Notes: generated by a model not told the origin, from the letters alone. Counted from the stretch's first letter, positions 9,287 through 18,701 are shown. The stretch is 64,000 bases of DNA from Patescibacteria group bacterium (GCA_048499955.1 JASNYX010000002.1:4513-68512); one strand, 5' to 3'. Translations and numbers: made by a program.

Positions 9287-9646
9287 CTATTTGGGGAAAG
9301 TATATGGACCTAACTCCATCTCATTCTCGACCTCCCAGGAAGGGCTTCTCATATAATCATAGCGGGTTTGAGCCATTATCATGTTGTAATAGTTGGTCAT
9401 GAACCAAGTAAGAGCAAGACATACGGATATAATCAGAAAAGGAATAATAGTGTGCCAATCAAGATGATTTTTCGCGTAAATTACCTGAACCGGTCTCACT
9501 GGCACCCTACTTTTAGAGGATTTTGTAGGCTTAACCGGCATATTCAAAGCTTTAGATTTATATGACATCGGCTTCGATACGACTTTTTTTGACTTGGGTC
9601 TAGGCGATTTTGCTGAGGGTTTTGAAACAGTTTTGATGGCAGACAT
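9287..9646 (-). CDS. Hypothetical basic protein with one TM helix
   Basis: It has a Lys/Ser/Pro-rich N-terminus and a single hydrophobic helix (IIPFLIISVCLALTWF). It is co-oriented with and abuts rplU. Confidence 0.4.
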   Translation of the reverse strand: MSAIKTVSKPSAKSPRPKSKKVVSKPMSYKSKALNMPVKPTKSSKSRVPVRPVQVIYAKNHLDWHTIIPFLIISVCLALTWFMTNYYNMIMAQTRYDYMRSPSWEVENEMELGPYTFPK

Positions 9647-9849
9647 TAACTACATTGTTTCAGATCTTAAAAAGGATTTCAATGGTGGAGCACAAAAGAT
9701 ATGCTTAGTTTTAATTTAATTTCCTGAGTATCATCTACTTCCACGGATTGATTATAACTTAAATAACCGAGGACTAAATAACAGCATTACGCCATCAAAT
9801 ACAATGAAAAGTCGCCTTGGTATAATTTCTCACCGCGGATAAACCCATA

Positions 9850-10830
9850 TTATTTTGCAAGCTCGCTTCTCAATCCATTTCGACCTAAGTTTAGCCAATA
9901 CTCGGTTTCTTGAGTAGCATTCCCATTAACAAATTTTTCTTGATGTGCACCCATAAATTCCATGGCGACCCCTGCTAATGCATATGCGTATAAATGCTGC
10001 ACTTCTTCGACCTCAAGTGGATTAAATTTGCCGTATTCCGCGACAGCAAGCTCTGTTCTATCTCGAAGCGAGATTGAGTCAGCTCCTACATACAAAAGAT
10101 TAGCGGCGATAACTGCAAGCTCTTGTATTCGTGGATACCAATTAGCAACAGAAAAATCTAAAATATAAATTTTGCCATCTGTTCCTTTCATGACATTGGC
10201 CTTCGTAAAATCTCCGTGAACAAAAGCATGTGGCAAGCTAGCTACTGGAATTTCTTTGAACTTGGCTATAGTTTGTTCAACAAGATTCAAATCATCAGGT
10301 TTAATAAACTGCTTAACTCTATGAAACATTCTTTCAATATTTGGGATTGCCCAGGAATCAAAAAGGTACGGAGGGTGATAATCGATGCCATTTATCTTTA
10401 CTGCTTGTTCAATAACCGATTGAAACTCTTCCGAATTTGGAGCCCGATCAAGATCAAAAAAAGTTTGGCCATCAATGAACTTCATTAGCACCATAGAAAT
10501 TCCATTAGATTCTCCATATGAATAAGTTATCTCACCTCCGCTAGTTTTTATTAATGGTGGATGATTTACACCAGCCTCTACTGCCTTTCCCATTATTGTG
10601 GTGTAACGCTCAATCCCTATTTGACTTCTCTCTTTAGAGAAAATCTTCGCAACATACCTCTCGCTAGCAGTATCAATAATGACATTACAATCCTCATATC
10701 CAATCCCTATTACAGAAAATTTTATAGGATGCCCAATCTCATAAGCACTAGCAAGACTGCTAATGACCATATCTAACTCACCGGAATAATTGATTCGATC
10801 TAGCGGGGTTTGTTTTTCTGAGCCATCCAT
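9850..10830 (-). CDS. Phosphotransferase-family kinase (APH / choline-kinase-like fold)
   Basis: It has a Brenner-type catalytic loop (HGDFTKANVM) and a DFS metal-binding motif (YILDFSVANW). It is 326 aa. Confidence 0.7.
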   Translation of the reverse strand: MDGSEKQTPLDRINYSGELDMVISSLASAYEIGHPIKFSVIGIGYEDCNVIIDTASERYVAKIFSKERSQIGIERYTTIMGKAVEAGVNHPPLIKTSGGEITYSYGESNGISMVLMKFIDGQTFFDLDRAPNSEEFQSVIEQAVKINGIDYHPPYLFDSWAIPNIERMFHRVKQFIKPDDLNLVEQTIAKFKEIPVASLPHAFVHGDFTKANVMKGTDGKIYILDFSVANWYPRIQELAVIAANLLYVGADSISLRDRTELAVAEYGKFNPLEVEEVQHLYAYALAGVAMEFMGAHQEKFVNGNATQETEYWLNLGRNGLRSELAK

Positions 10831-10876
10831 CGCTATTGTAATAACATAAATTGAAACTTCTTAGATAAATCAAATC

Positions 10877-10953
10877 TGGTGGACCTGAGGGGATTCGAAC
10901 CCCTTACCTCTTCCATGCCATGGAAGCGCTCTAACCAAGTGAGCTACAGGCCC
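10877..10953 (-). tRNA. tRNA-Ala (anticodon GGC), CCA encoded
   Basis: The reverse complement reads GGGCCTGTAGCTCACTTGGTTAGAGCGCTTCCATGGCATGGAAGAGGTAAGGGGTTCGAATCCCCTCAGGTCCACCA. The anticodon stem CTTCC/GGAAG has loop ATGGCAT (anticodon GGC), and the T-loop is GGTTCGAATCC. Confidence 0.85.
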
Positions 10954-11087
10954 AAGAATGAGCTACTGACCTATAAAACAAGTGAAATTATACCAAAGAC
11001 ACCAACGCTTCTACCCCACAGCATATCAACACTACAACCAACTACCTATAACCCCTTGAATGGCCACTGGCAGCTCTTAGAATGCAA

Positions 11088-11279
11088 TTAAAACTGTCCA
11101 AAAAGCATATCTCCTAAAACCACAGCCATGATTATAATAATCACGATTACGGCTAAAGGGATCGCAAATATCGGATTGGTCTTTAGTTGATCCAATAAAT
11201 ATTTTAGTTCCCAACCCGGTTTTTCGGGTGTGTTATTTTGAGTATTATTACTCTGCGTATTTGCAGTATTATCCGACAT
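11088..11279 (-). CDS. Small hypothetical membrane protein
   Basis: 63 aa, with an Asn/Thr/Gln-rich N-terminus and one TM helix (IFAIPLAVIVIIIIMAVVLG). Weak support. Confidence 0.35.
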   Translation of the reverse strand: MSDNTANTQSNNTQNNTPEKPGWELKYLLDQLKTNPIFAIPLAVIVIIIIMAVVLGDMLFGQF

Positions 11280-11305
11280 ATTTTTAATTAACTAAGTAAA
11301 CTAGC

Positions 11306-14173
11306 TTAATTAAGTTTAAATGAATCTCCGGGAACCAGTTCGGAGGTGTAAGTCTTTTTTCTGATTTCTGCACTATATTTTTCAACGGCTTTAGAAAACT
11401 TCGGCTCGTTAGGATATTGGATTTTAACTTCATGGTTCCATTCGACTCCGGATTCTTTGCGAAGTTTTTGGATTTCTCTGACTAATTCTCTCATGTTGCC
11501 TTCTATTTCAAGTTCTTCACTAACTTCAAGACTTAGAGCTACTGTTACAGAGTTATCGGTTTTTACACTCCAAATGTCGTTAAGTTTAGATTCCTCAAAA
11601 CCAAAAACATTCCTTACGTTTAACTCGTCTTTAACTACCTCAAGAACCTCTGAAGAAAGCTTACTTAATACATCTTCTGAAACCATCAAATTCAGCAAAG
11701 GTTGCCTAACAGGTATATTTTTTTCTTTTCGGATCGAACTGCCCACGGAACAGATTCTGCGTACCAGAACCATTTCCTCATGTAAGGCTTGACCACCTGC
11801 AATTAAATCCTCACTGTATTCAGGATACATATGCAAGTGAATCGACTCTAAATCGTTATCATCCTTTAAATGTTGATAAATCGTCTCAGAGATAAATGGC
11901 ACTAGTGGTGCAGCAGCCTTCGAAAACATCATTAAAACATCATAGAGAGTAGAAAGAGCTTCTTGATCTCCTGAATTTATGCGGTCTCTTGATCTTCTGA
12001 CATACCAATTTGAAAGATCATCAACAAAGGTTTCTACCGGCTCGACCACCTTGGGAACGTTGTATTTTTCGATATTTACTGCAAATGCCTTCACCACCTC
12101 ATGAGCTCTCATGAGTATCCATTTGTCTAACACATTTTTGCTATCAATCTTTTTAGCCGGATCCCATTCATTCAGGTTGGCATAAATGATGAAAAATTTA
12201 GCTGAGTTCCAAAGCGGATTTAATACATTCTTGGATTTATTTCGTAGTTCTGTTTCATCAAAGTTAGCATTATTGCCCACCATTAATGGGGAACCCATTA
12301 AATATAGCCTAAGTGCATCTCCACCTATTTTTTGAAGTATATCTTTGGGGTCAGTATAATTGCCGTAGGTTTTACTCATCTTACGACCGTCATTTCCTGA
12401 AATTACACCGGTAGAAATAACATTATTGAAAGCAGCAGAACCAAATAATGCTGTAGAAAGCACATGCATAACATAAAACCAGGCTCTTACCTGCCCGATA
12501 TACTCCACAATATAATCACCGGGGTAATTTTTCTGGAATTTTTCTTTATTCTCAAACGGATAATGTATCTGAGCATAAGGCATCGAACCTGCTTCAAACC
12601 ATGAATCTAAGACTTCAGGTCTACGGCGATATTCTTTTCCTTCTTTTTTGATAACAATTTCATCGATATAAGGTCTATGTAAATCTTTGACTTTCTGACC
12701 TGATAACTCTTCAATCTCATTTATAGATGAAACAACAATGCGATCCCCATCTTCAGATTCCCAAACCGGCATAGGGGTAGCCCAAAACCTCGTTCGTGAA
12801 ACGCACCAGTCAGGCGCCTGCTCGATCCCTTTTTTGAACCTGCCTTCTTTTACATGTTCAGGCATCCAATTAATTTCTTCATTATTTGCGTAAAGCTGAG
12901 GTTTTAGTTCAGATACTCTTAAAAACCATGAAGTTTGAGCTCTTTGAATTAGAGGAGTATTACACCGGTCGTGATAGGGGAATCTATGCAAAATTCTCTC
13001 ATTTTTGAATAATAGACCTCTTGTTTCAAGGTCTTCTAAAATGTACTTATCGGCTTTTTTATAAAACATTCCGGAAAAAGGATTTTCTCCATTGTTACCT
13101 GCAATAAATTTGCCTTCATCATCAACCGTAAGCATCAACGTTAATCCATAATGATTTCCCATCTCAGTATCGACTTCTCCAAAACCCGGAGCAGAGTGTA
13201 CGATTCCCGTTCCTTCTTCCATCGTAGCCATGTTATTGTATGAATACACCTGAAACTCACCGTCTTTATGAGCATAAAAGGTATATATTGGCTCATACTT
13301 CAAACCTAGTAAATCTTTACCCGTAAATTCAGCCAAAACGTTATGATCTTTACCAGAAAACACAAAATCAATCCTGGCAGTACCGACTACATATTTTTCT
13401 GATTCTGATTCGACGAGAGAATACTTTTCCTCTTCATTTACTACTAGTGCCCGATTAGATGGCAATGTCCATGGAGTAGTGGTCCACGCTAAGATGAAAG
13501 CATCCTTAAACTTACCGTCTGACGTGACTTTAAATTTAACAGTGACAGCAGGGTCTTCAACTTCTTTGTAAGAGTTATCCATGGCAATCTCAAAGTTTGA
13601 AACCGGGGTTCCACAGGTTGTGCAATATAAAGAAGTTCTGGTTCCTTCATAAATCAAATCTTTGTCATACAAAGATTTAAATGCCCACATAACTGATTCC
13701 ATATACGATTGATCTGTCGTTTTATAAGAGTTATCCATGTCAACCCATCGTCCGATTCTGTCGATATACCATTTCCATTCTGCTGAGATCCTCGAAGTGT
13801 ATTCATAGCAAGCTTCCGTAAATTTTTCGAGACCGAATGTTTCGATATCACGTCTATTTGGAATACCAAGTTCCTTTTGAACTTTATTCTCTACGGTTAA
13901 GCCATGAGCATCCCATCCCCATACACGTTCAACTCTTTTGCCTTTCATCGTCCAATACCTGGGAATCAGATCTTTAGCGATTGACCCAAGTAAATGTCCA
14001 TAGTGCGGTAATCCGGAAATAAACGGGGGGCCATCGTAAAAAACATACAGATTATCTTGAGATCTTTGTTTGACGGATTTCTCAAAAATACGCTTATCGT
14101 TCCAGAAAGATAATACTTCTGACTCAAAATCCGGAATATTCTGTTCCTTTGGATTCTTAAATTTTTGGCTCAT
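11306..14173 (-). CDS. ileS: Isoleucyl-tRNA synthetase (type 2, eukaryote/archaeal-like)
   Basis: HIGH-region PPFISGLPHYGHLLG and KMSKS-region GRKMSKTYGNY are present, with a large editing-domain insertion. The probable start is ATG at 14173 (MSQKFKN…), downstream of the T-box terminator, rather than the ORF-track start at 14263. Confidence 0.95.
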   Translation of the reverse strand: MSQKFKNPKEQNIPDFESEVLSFWNDKRIFEKSVKQRSQDNLYVFYDGPPFISGLPHYGHLLGSIAKDLIPRYWTMKGKRVERVWGWDAHGLTVENKVQKELGIPNRRDIETFGLEKFTEACYEYTSRISAEWKWYIDRIGRWVDMDNSYKTTDQSYMESVMWAFKSLYDKDLIYEGTRTSLYCTTCGTPVSNFEIAMDNSYKEVEDPAVTVKFKVTSDGKFKDAFILAWTTTPWTLPSNRALVVNEEEKYSLVESESEKYVVGTARIDFVFSGKDHNVLAEFTGKDLLGLKYEPIYTFYAHKDGEFQVYSYNNMATMEEGTGIVHSAPGFGEVDTEMGNHYGLTLMLTVDDEGKFIAGNNGENPFSGMFYKKADKYILEDLETRGLLFKNERILHRFPYHDRCNTPLIQRAQTSWFLRVSELKPQLYANNEEINWMPEHVKEGRFKKGIEQAPDWCVSRTRFWATPMPVWESEDGDRIVVSSINEIEELSGQKVKDLHRPYIDEIVIKKEGKEYRRRPEVLDSWFEAGSMPYAQIHYPFENKEKFQKNYPGDYIVEYIGQVRAWFYVMHVLSTALFGSAAFNNVISTGVISGNDGRKMSKTYGNYTDPKDILQKIGGDALRLYLMGSPLMVGNNANFDETELRNKSKNVLNPLWNSAKFFIIYANLNEWDPAKKIDSKNVLDKWILMRAHEVVKAFAVNIEKYNVPKVVEPVETFVDDLSNWYVRRSRDRINSGDQEALSTLYDVLMMFSKAAAPLVPFISETIYQHLKDDNDLESIHLHMYPEYSEDLIAGGQALHEEMVLVRRICSVGSSIRKEKNIPVRQPLLNLMVSEDVLSKLSSEVLEVVKDELNVRNVFGFEESKLNDIWSVKTDNSVTVALSLEVSEELEIEGNMRELVREIQKLRKESGVEWNHEVKIQYPNEPKFSKAVEKYSAEIRKKTYTSELVPGDSFKLN

Positions 14174-14217
14174 GATAAATAATAAATTAAATAACCGGTA
14201 CTCTAGACAATAGACAA

Positions 14218-14270
14218 TAAAAAAAGCCCTTGTTTTCCCACCAGAATAAACTGATGAAAACACAAGGGCC
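14218..14270 (-). terminator. Intrinsic terminator of the ileS T-box leader
   Basis: An approximately 13-bp stem (GGCCCUUGUGUUUUC / GGGAAAACAAGGGC) is followed by UUUUUUU, about 45 nt upstream of the ileS ATG. Confidence 0.75.
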
Positions 14271-14405
14271 TTGAGTTCAAGACGGTACCACCTTGGATTC
14301 TACTCATTACGGCTATAACGGGCCTGACCGAAAGGTTCTACCCCCTAAATGGGATCTTCCTTTAACGTGAAGCTGAGCTTCTTGCGGTTGATTTCCGCTC
14401 TACGC
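14218..14405 (-). promoter_or_regulatory. T-box riboswitch leader controlling ileS (transcription attenuation type)
   Basis: Minus-strand RNA: T-box sequence AAUCCAAGG-UGGUACC-GUCUUGAACUCAAGGCCCUUGU. Helix A1 is CCAAGG/CCUUGU and the 7-nt bulge UGGUACC can pair with tRNA 3'-ACCA (discriminator A, as in tRNA-Ile). Helix A2 is GUCUUG-AACU-CAAGGC. A competing terminator is GGCCCUUGUGUUUUC…GGGAAAACAAGGGC plus a U7 tract. A possible -10 TATAAT lies at 14415-14420. Candidate Ile specifier AUC is at 14390-14392, but this is not securely placed. Confidence 0.8.
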
Positions 14406-14580
14406 ATTAAGACTATTATATAGCAAGTTCAAACGGTTGAGAATCATTAATATCGGTTTATAGAGATGTGTGTATATGCTTTAATTGTTATTAATGTTTC
14501 ATTTTTCAACACATCCTAAACATTTTAGCCTCTTCCATCTGAGTTTTAGTTCAGGATTCAAAAACTCTCTACCGCTATAT

Positions 14581-15738
14581 ATGACCAACACTCTTAGGTC
14601 ATTTTCAATTTCTCTGATAGGTCTATTCATACCAATATATATATTTCAAATAGCAGAGAAGTTCCCTACGATCACTGAGAACTCAGTAATTAACAGCATA
14701 TTTTATGTCCTGCTTTTTTATCTAATCAGATCAGCAGCAACCATCGGTTTTATGCCTAGGGTAGTAAACGTTATCTTTGGTTATTTGAAATTTAATGGGT
14801 CGATTATGATTGCAAATGTATTACTAGGAATCGCTATTTACTTGCTGATTCTGGCGGAAACACACATTTGGGCACTGGTCTTTGCCCCAATACTTTTAGC
14901 ACTTAACACAACGCTTTACTGGATACCATTTCATACTTACTTTGTTAGAAACTTTAAGTCAGCTACGGGCCATTTCGGAACGAATACAGGTATTAGACTA
15001 TTTCTGGCAGGCATCGCGACTGCTGCAGGTCCGGCATTGGGAGGAATCGTAGTTAAAAATTTTGGTTTTCAGTCACTCTTTTGGCTTGGAATTGTCGCAC
15101 TCATATTATCGGGATTTCCTATACTTTTTGGACTTCCGGAGCATAACCACGGGAAGCACAATGTTATGCAAATTGTGAAGAAATATTTCTTTGATGCAAA
15201 ACACAAATACAACACCATCGCACAAATGTGTATGGGTATTGACGGTGAACTTTACGCTATCTTCTCTCCGCTATTGTTATTTCTTATTTCATCGGACATC
15301 ACAAACGTTGGTTATATAACATCAATCTCAGTTTCACTCGCAGCAGTATTCACACTAGTTGTCGGGAAAGTCGTAGACAAACAAGGGCCAAAGAAAATCC
15401 ACAAAGTCGGATTGATTTTTAATTCATTTTTCTATCTACCGCGTGTTTTCTTAAATCAAAGCTGGTTACTTTATCTGATTGACGTATTCGACAAAATAAA
15501 CGGATCATTCTTAGCAGTACCACTACTTGCAGCCACATACGAGAGAGCAAAAACCAATGAAAACGAATCCGATTTCATGATTTATCGCGAGTTTATGATC
15601 CATCTTGGAATATGTCTGGCGATAGTGCTACTTATGTTTATTATTCTATTAACAGCAAATTGGAGGCTAGTGTTCCTTTTATTAGCGATTGTTTCACCGT
15701 TAACATATCTTGTGAATGTTAAAAATAGTAAGCAGTAA
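14581..15738 (+). CDS. Polytopic membrane protein, transporter-like (MFS-like topology)
   Basis: About 12 predicted TM helices. The probable start is MTNTLRSF at 14581; the ORF-track start at 14485 would overlap the ileS promoter region. No diagnostic motif was recognised. Confidence 0.5.
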   Translation: MTNTLRSFSISLIGLFIPIYIFQIAEKFPTITENSVINSIFYVLLFYLIRSAATIGFMPRVVNVIFGYLKFNGSIMIANVLLGIAIYLLILAETHIWALVFAPILLALNTTLYWIPFHTYFVRNFKSATGHFGTNTGIRLFLAGIATAAGPALGGIVVKNFGFQSLFWLGIVALILSGFPILFGLPEHNHGKHNVMQIVKKYFFDAKHKYNTIAQMCMGIDGELYAIFSPLLLFLISSDITNVGYITSISVSLAAVFTLVVGKVVDKQGPKKIHKVGLIFNSFFYLPRVFLNQSWLLYLIDVFDKINGSFLAVPLLAATYERAKTNENESDFMIYREFMIHLGICLAIVLLMFIILLTANWRLVFLLLAIVSPLTYLVNVKNSKQ

Positions 15739-15741
15739 TGA

Positions 15742-15939
15742 TTAAAAATTTTCTAATATGTTGAGGTTACGGCAAGGAAGAATTTTTTCCGGCCATCTTT
15801 GTTCGGTTCGGAAAGTATAATAGGGATCAAAACAAAAAGCCGCCTTATATACCAAATATACGACGGCCACCAGAGTTACAAATATAATAAGTCCAAATAA
15901 AACTATTTCCTTAAACAGTGGGCTTTTTTTAGAAGTCAT
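15742..15939 (-). CDS. Small hypothetical membrane protein
   Basis: 65 aa with one TM helix, lying between ftsZ and a convergent membrane-protein gene. Weak support. Confidence 0.3.
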   Translation of the reverse strand: MTSKKSPLFKEIVLFGLIIFVTLVAVVYLVYKAAFCFDPYYTFRTEQRWPEKILPCRNLNILENF

Positions 15940-15959
15940 CGAAAATTACAACTACGTGC

Positions 15960-17414
15960 CTATTTCTCACTGGTTTTCTTTAAAAACTGCCCAAGCCAAC
16001 TGGAATTAAGAGCTTCTTTCTTTTTACGTGCTTCACTTCTTTCCTGTTCTTTACGCTTTCGCTCATCTTCTTCAGAATCATCCGCTTGCACAGACTCAGT
16101 TTTTGTTTCAGATGCCGAACTACCACCGGAAGACATTTTCCCGAAGAAACCTCCGAATGTAGCCCCTGCCGACGGTTTTTCTTCTTCATCTTCAATCTGA
16201 TTGTAAGTTGCCGGCTCTGCATCTCTTGATTCAACCGGCTTTTCGATTTCTTCCATTTTTCTTAATTCGGCCTGCATCTGTTCGTAATTAAAACTTCCAT
16301 ATTCTTCGGTACCTTCTCTATCTTCAATCAAACGCTCATCAAATACCTTGCTTTGCTGTTGGCTATCCTCCTGAATCGTATCGTATCTTGAATCTATCTG
16401 ATCTATAACATCTTCATTTTTTATAGTTGGTGCTTCTAAAGGAAGTGCTGACGGCTTAAAATCGGAATCGAAGCCGGTCGCAATAACAGTAACCTTTACT
16501 CCTTGTATTTCGTTATTAATATTAGCTCCAAAAATGATATTAGCGTTATCATTTGCAGAAGCTGAAATTAAGGAAGCGGCAGCATTAACTTCATACATTG
16601 ATAGTGAATCATCTCCGACAATATTAATAAGTAGTCCTGTGTAGCCTTTAATATCAGTATCAAGAAGTGGTGAGTTGATGGCACCTCTAGCAGCTTTCTC
16701 TGCCCTATTCTCTCCCTCGGCAAACCCTATTCCCATCAAGGCTGATCCGGCATTGTGCATAATGGATTTCACATCGGCAAAATCAACATTAACTAGACCG
16801 GCTGAGTTAATAAGATCAGAAATACCTTCAACGGCTTGTCCAACAACCTGATCTACAATCTTAAACGCATCTCTTAAAGGCATTGAGTCATCAACAACAT
16901 CAAGTATCTTTTGATTTGGAATTACAATCAATGCATCAAGCTTATCCTTAAGTTCTCTTACTCCCTGATCTGCCTGATTCATCCTTCTTTTACCTTCAAA
17001 ATCGAAAGGTTTTGTTACAACTCCAACAGTTAGTGCACCAAGTTCCTTAGCGGCTTTGGCGATAACAGGAGCAGCACCGGTACCGGTTCCGCCACCTAGT
17101 CCGGCAGCAATAAACACCATATCGGCACCTTGTAAATGTGTTTTTACTTCTTCAAGTGATTCTGTTGCTGATTCAAATCCTATCTGAGGATCAGACCCGG
17201 AACCGAGTCCGTGTGTCCTTTCAGGTCCAAGTTGTAGTCTTATTTGAGCTTTCGAGTTATTCAAAACCTGCAGATCGGTATTCATGGAAATGAATTCCAC
17301 ACCATCGATCTGGTTATACTCGATCATGGAATCAACAGCGTTTTGACCGCCTCCTCCTACTCCGACTACTTTGATTTTTGCAAGATTTGTTGATTTGGGT
17401 GCAATGTAAGCCAT
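15960..17414 (-). CDS. ftsZ: Cell division GTPase FtsZ with a long charged C-terminal tail
   Basis: It has the tubulin signature GGGTGTGAAP, an N-terminal VVGVGGGGQNAV motif, and a T7 loop. An approximately 150-aa low-complexity acidic/basic C-terminal extension follows. Confidence 0.95.
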   Translation of the reverse strand: MAYIAPKSTNLAKIKVVGVGGGGQNAVDSMIEYNQIDGVEFISMNTDLQVLNNSKAQIRLQLGPERTHGLGSGSDPQIGFESATESLEEVKTHLQGADMVFIAAGLGGGTGTGAAPVIAKAAKELGALTVGVVTKPFDFEGKRRMNQADQGVRELKDKLDALIVIPNQKILDVVDDSMPLRDAFKIVDQVVGQAVEGISDLINSAGLVNVDFADVKSIMHNAGSALMGIGFAEGENRAEKAARGAINSPLLDTDIKGYTGLLINIVGDDSLSMYEVNAAASLISASANDNANIIFGANINNEIQGVKVTVIATGFDSDFKPSALPLEAPTIKNEDVIDQIDSRYDTIQEDSQQQSKVFDERLIEDREGTEEYGSFNYEQMQAELRKMEEIEKPVESRDAEPATYNQIEDEEEKPSAGATFGGFFGKMSSGGSSASETKTESVQADDSEEDERKRKEQERSEARKKKEALNSSWLGQFLKKTSEK

Positions 17415-17432
17415 AATGCCTTCATTTTAGCC

Positions 17433-18701
17433 TCAAGGCAGAAAAGATCTAATGAAGCTAACAAATTTATTTCCAACTTTGCCAATATTAGCATTTTTCT
17501 TTGTATATGTCCTCGATTCCTCATGCATACCCGATGCTAAAATTTGTAACACACCGATAACCGCAGAATGTGACGGCTCCTGAATCTGATCGGCTAGCCC
17601 GACTATTCCTGTAGGTCTAGCGACTCTAACCGGAAGTTTAAATATATCTTCAGCAATTTTCTCTACTCCTTTAGTTAAAGATGTTCCTCCGGTGAGCACA
17701 ACTCCGGCCGGAAGTTTTTCAGCAAACCCTGACTTCTTGATATATAGTTTTACAAACTTAAATGCTTCTTCCATTCTTCTATTGATAATATCGTTTAGTA
17801 AGTTTACCGGAACGGTTTCCATACCAATATTCAGATCACCAACATACATCTCACCTTTCGGAACTTTAGATTCGTATCCACCTTTATTAAATCACAATAC
17901 CAGGATCAGAATCAAAATCAGAACTGTCTTAAGTTTAACTTTTCGGCATCTTCAAGAAGAGCCTCAAAATCCGATAGCCAAATCATTCGTAATATCTTGC
18001 CCGCCGATTGGTAGAACAGCTGAGTAAATGGGGCGTCCTGAATTATAAATTATTAAATCCATAGTTCCGCCGCCAATATCTATGAGTATTGTCCCTAACT
18101 CTTTCTCCGTATCCGTTAGAACGGATTCTGCAGAGGCGTATCCGTTGTAAACCAACTGGTCAACTTCAACTCCAACCTGTTTTATACATTTGGTTAAGTT
18201 CTTAATTGCTGTAGCACTACCATGTATGATGTTTGCTTCAACTTCTAACCTCACGCCGGTCATACCGGTCGGATCCGAGATTCCTTTTTGCTTATCCACA
18301 ACATACTCTCTCGGAAGAACATGAACTATTTCCCTTGAAGAAGGTAAAGACGTAGCTTGAGCGGCTTCATTAACTCGGATAATATCGTCAACCGTGATTT
18401 CAGAATCAATTCCTGAAACAGCTACCACACCTCGTGAATTGAAGGATTCAATATGAGTCCCACTAATCGTAACGGCAACTCTTGAAATAGGATGCCCGGA
18501 CATCATTTCCGTCTTATTTAACACTTCTGAAATGGCTCCGACTGCCTTATCAATATTGTTTACTACACCATCTTTAATCCCTTGAGATTTAACGTTGTGA
18601 GCACCGATTACTGAAACCCGTCCCTTTTCTACTCCAGCAACTACGCATGAAATTTTAGAAGAACCTACATCTAGAGCTACTATGAAATGATCTTTTGGCA
18701 T
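17433..18701 (-). pseudogene. ftsA: Cell division protein FtsA, reading frame disrupted (pseudogene or local assembly errors)
   Basis: The N-terminal actin-fold ORF (17964-18701, …GGGTMDLIIY…ITNDLAIGF*) and C-terminal ORF (17433-17849, …GVVLTGGTSLTKG…) are in the same frame. Between them, conserved FtsA sequence is spread over the other two frames (FEALLEDAEKLNLRQF, then DSSDFDSDPGIVI, then NKGGYESKVPKGEMYVGD). This is consistent with three 1-nt indels in T-runs within about 110 nt. Confidence 0.7.

Noticed and set aside
10879-11091. 70-aa plus-strand ORF (MDLRGFEPLTSS…)
   Set aside because: It lies antisense over tRNA-Ala (10877-10953) and reads through the tRNA sequence. The tRNA cloverleaf is far better supported than this ORF.
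11457-13869. ORFs 11457-11792 (+) and 13654-13869 (-) inside ileS
   Set aside because: Antisense or alternative-frame shadows of the 985-aa IleRS ORF, whose HIGH and KMSKS motifs define the true frame.
15980-16234. 84-aa minus-strand ORF overlapping the ftsZ 3' region
   Set aside because: Alternative frame within the FtsZ C-terminal tail coding region. The low-complexity Lys-rich translation is a by-product of the charged-tail codons.
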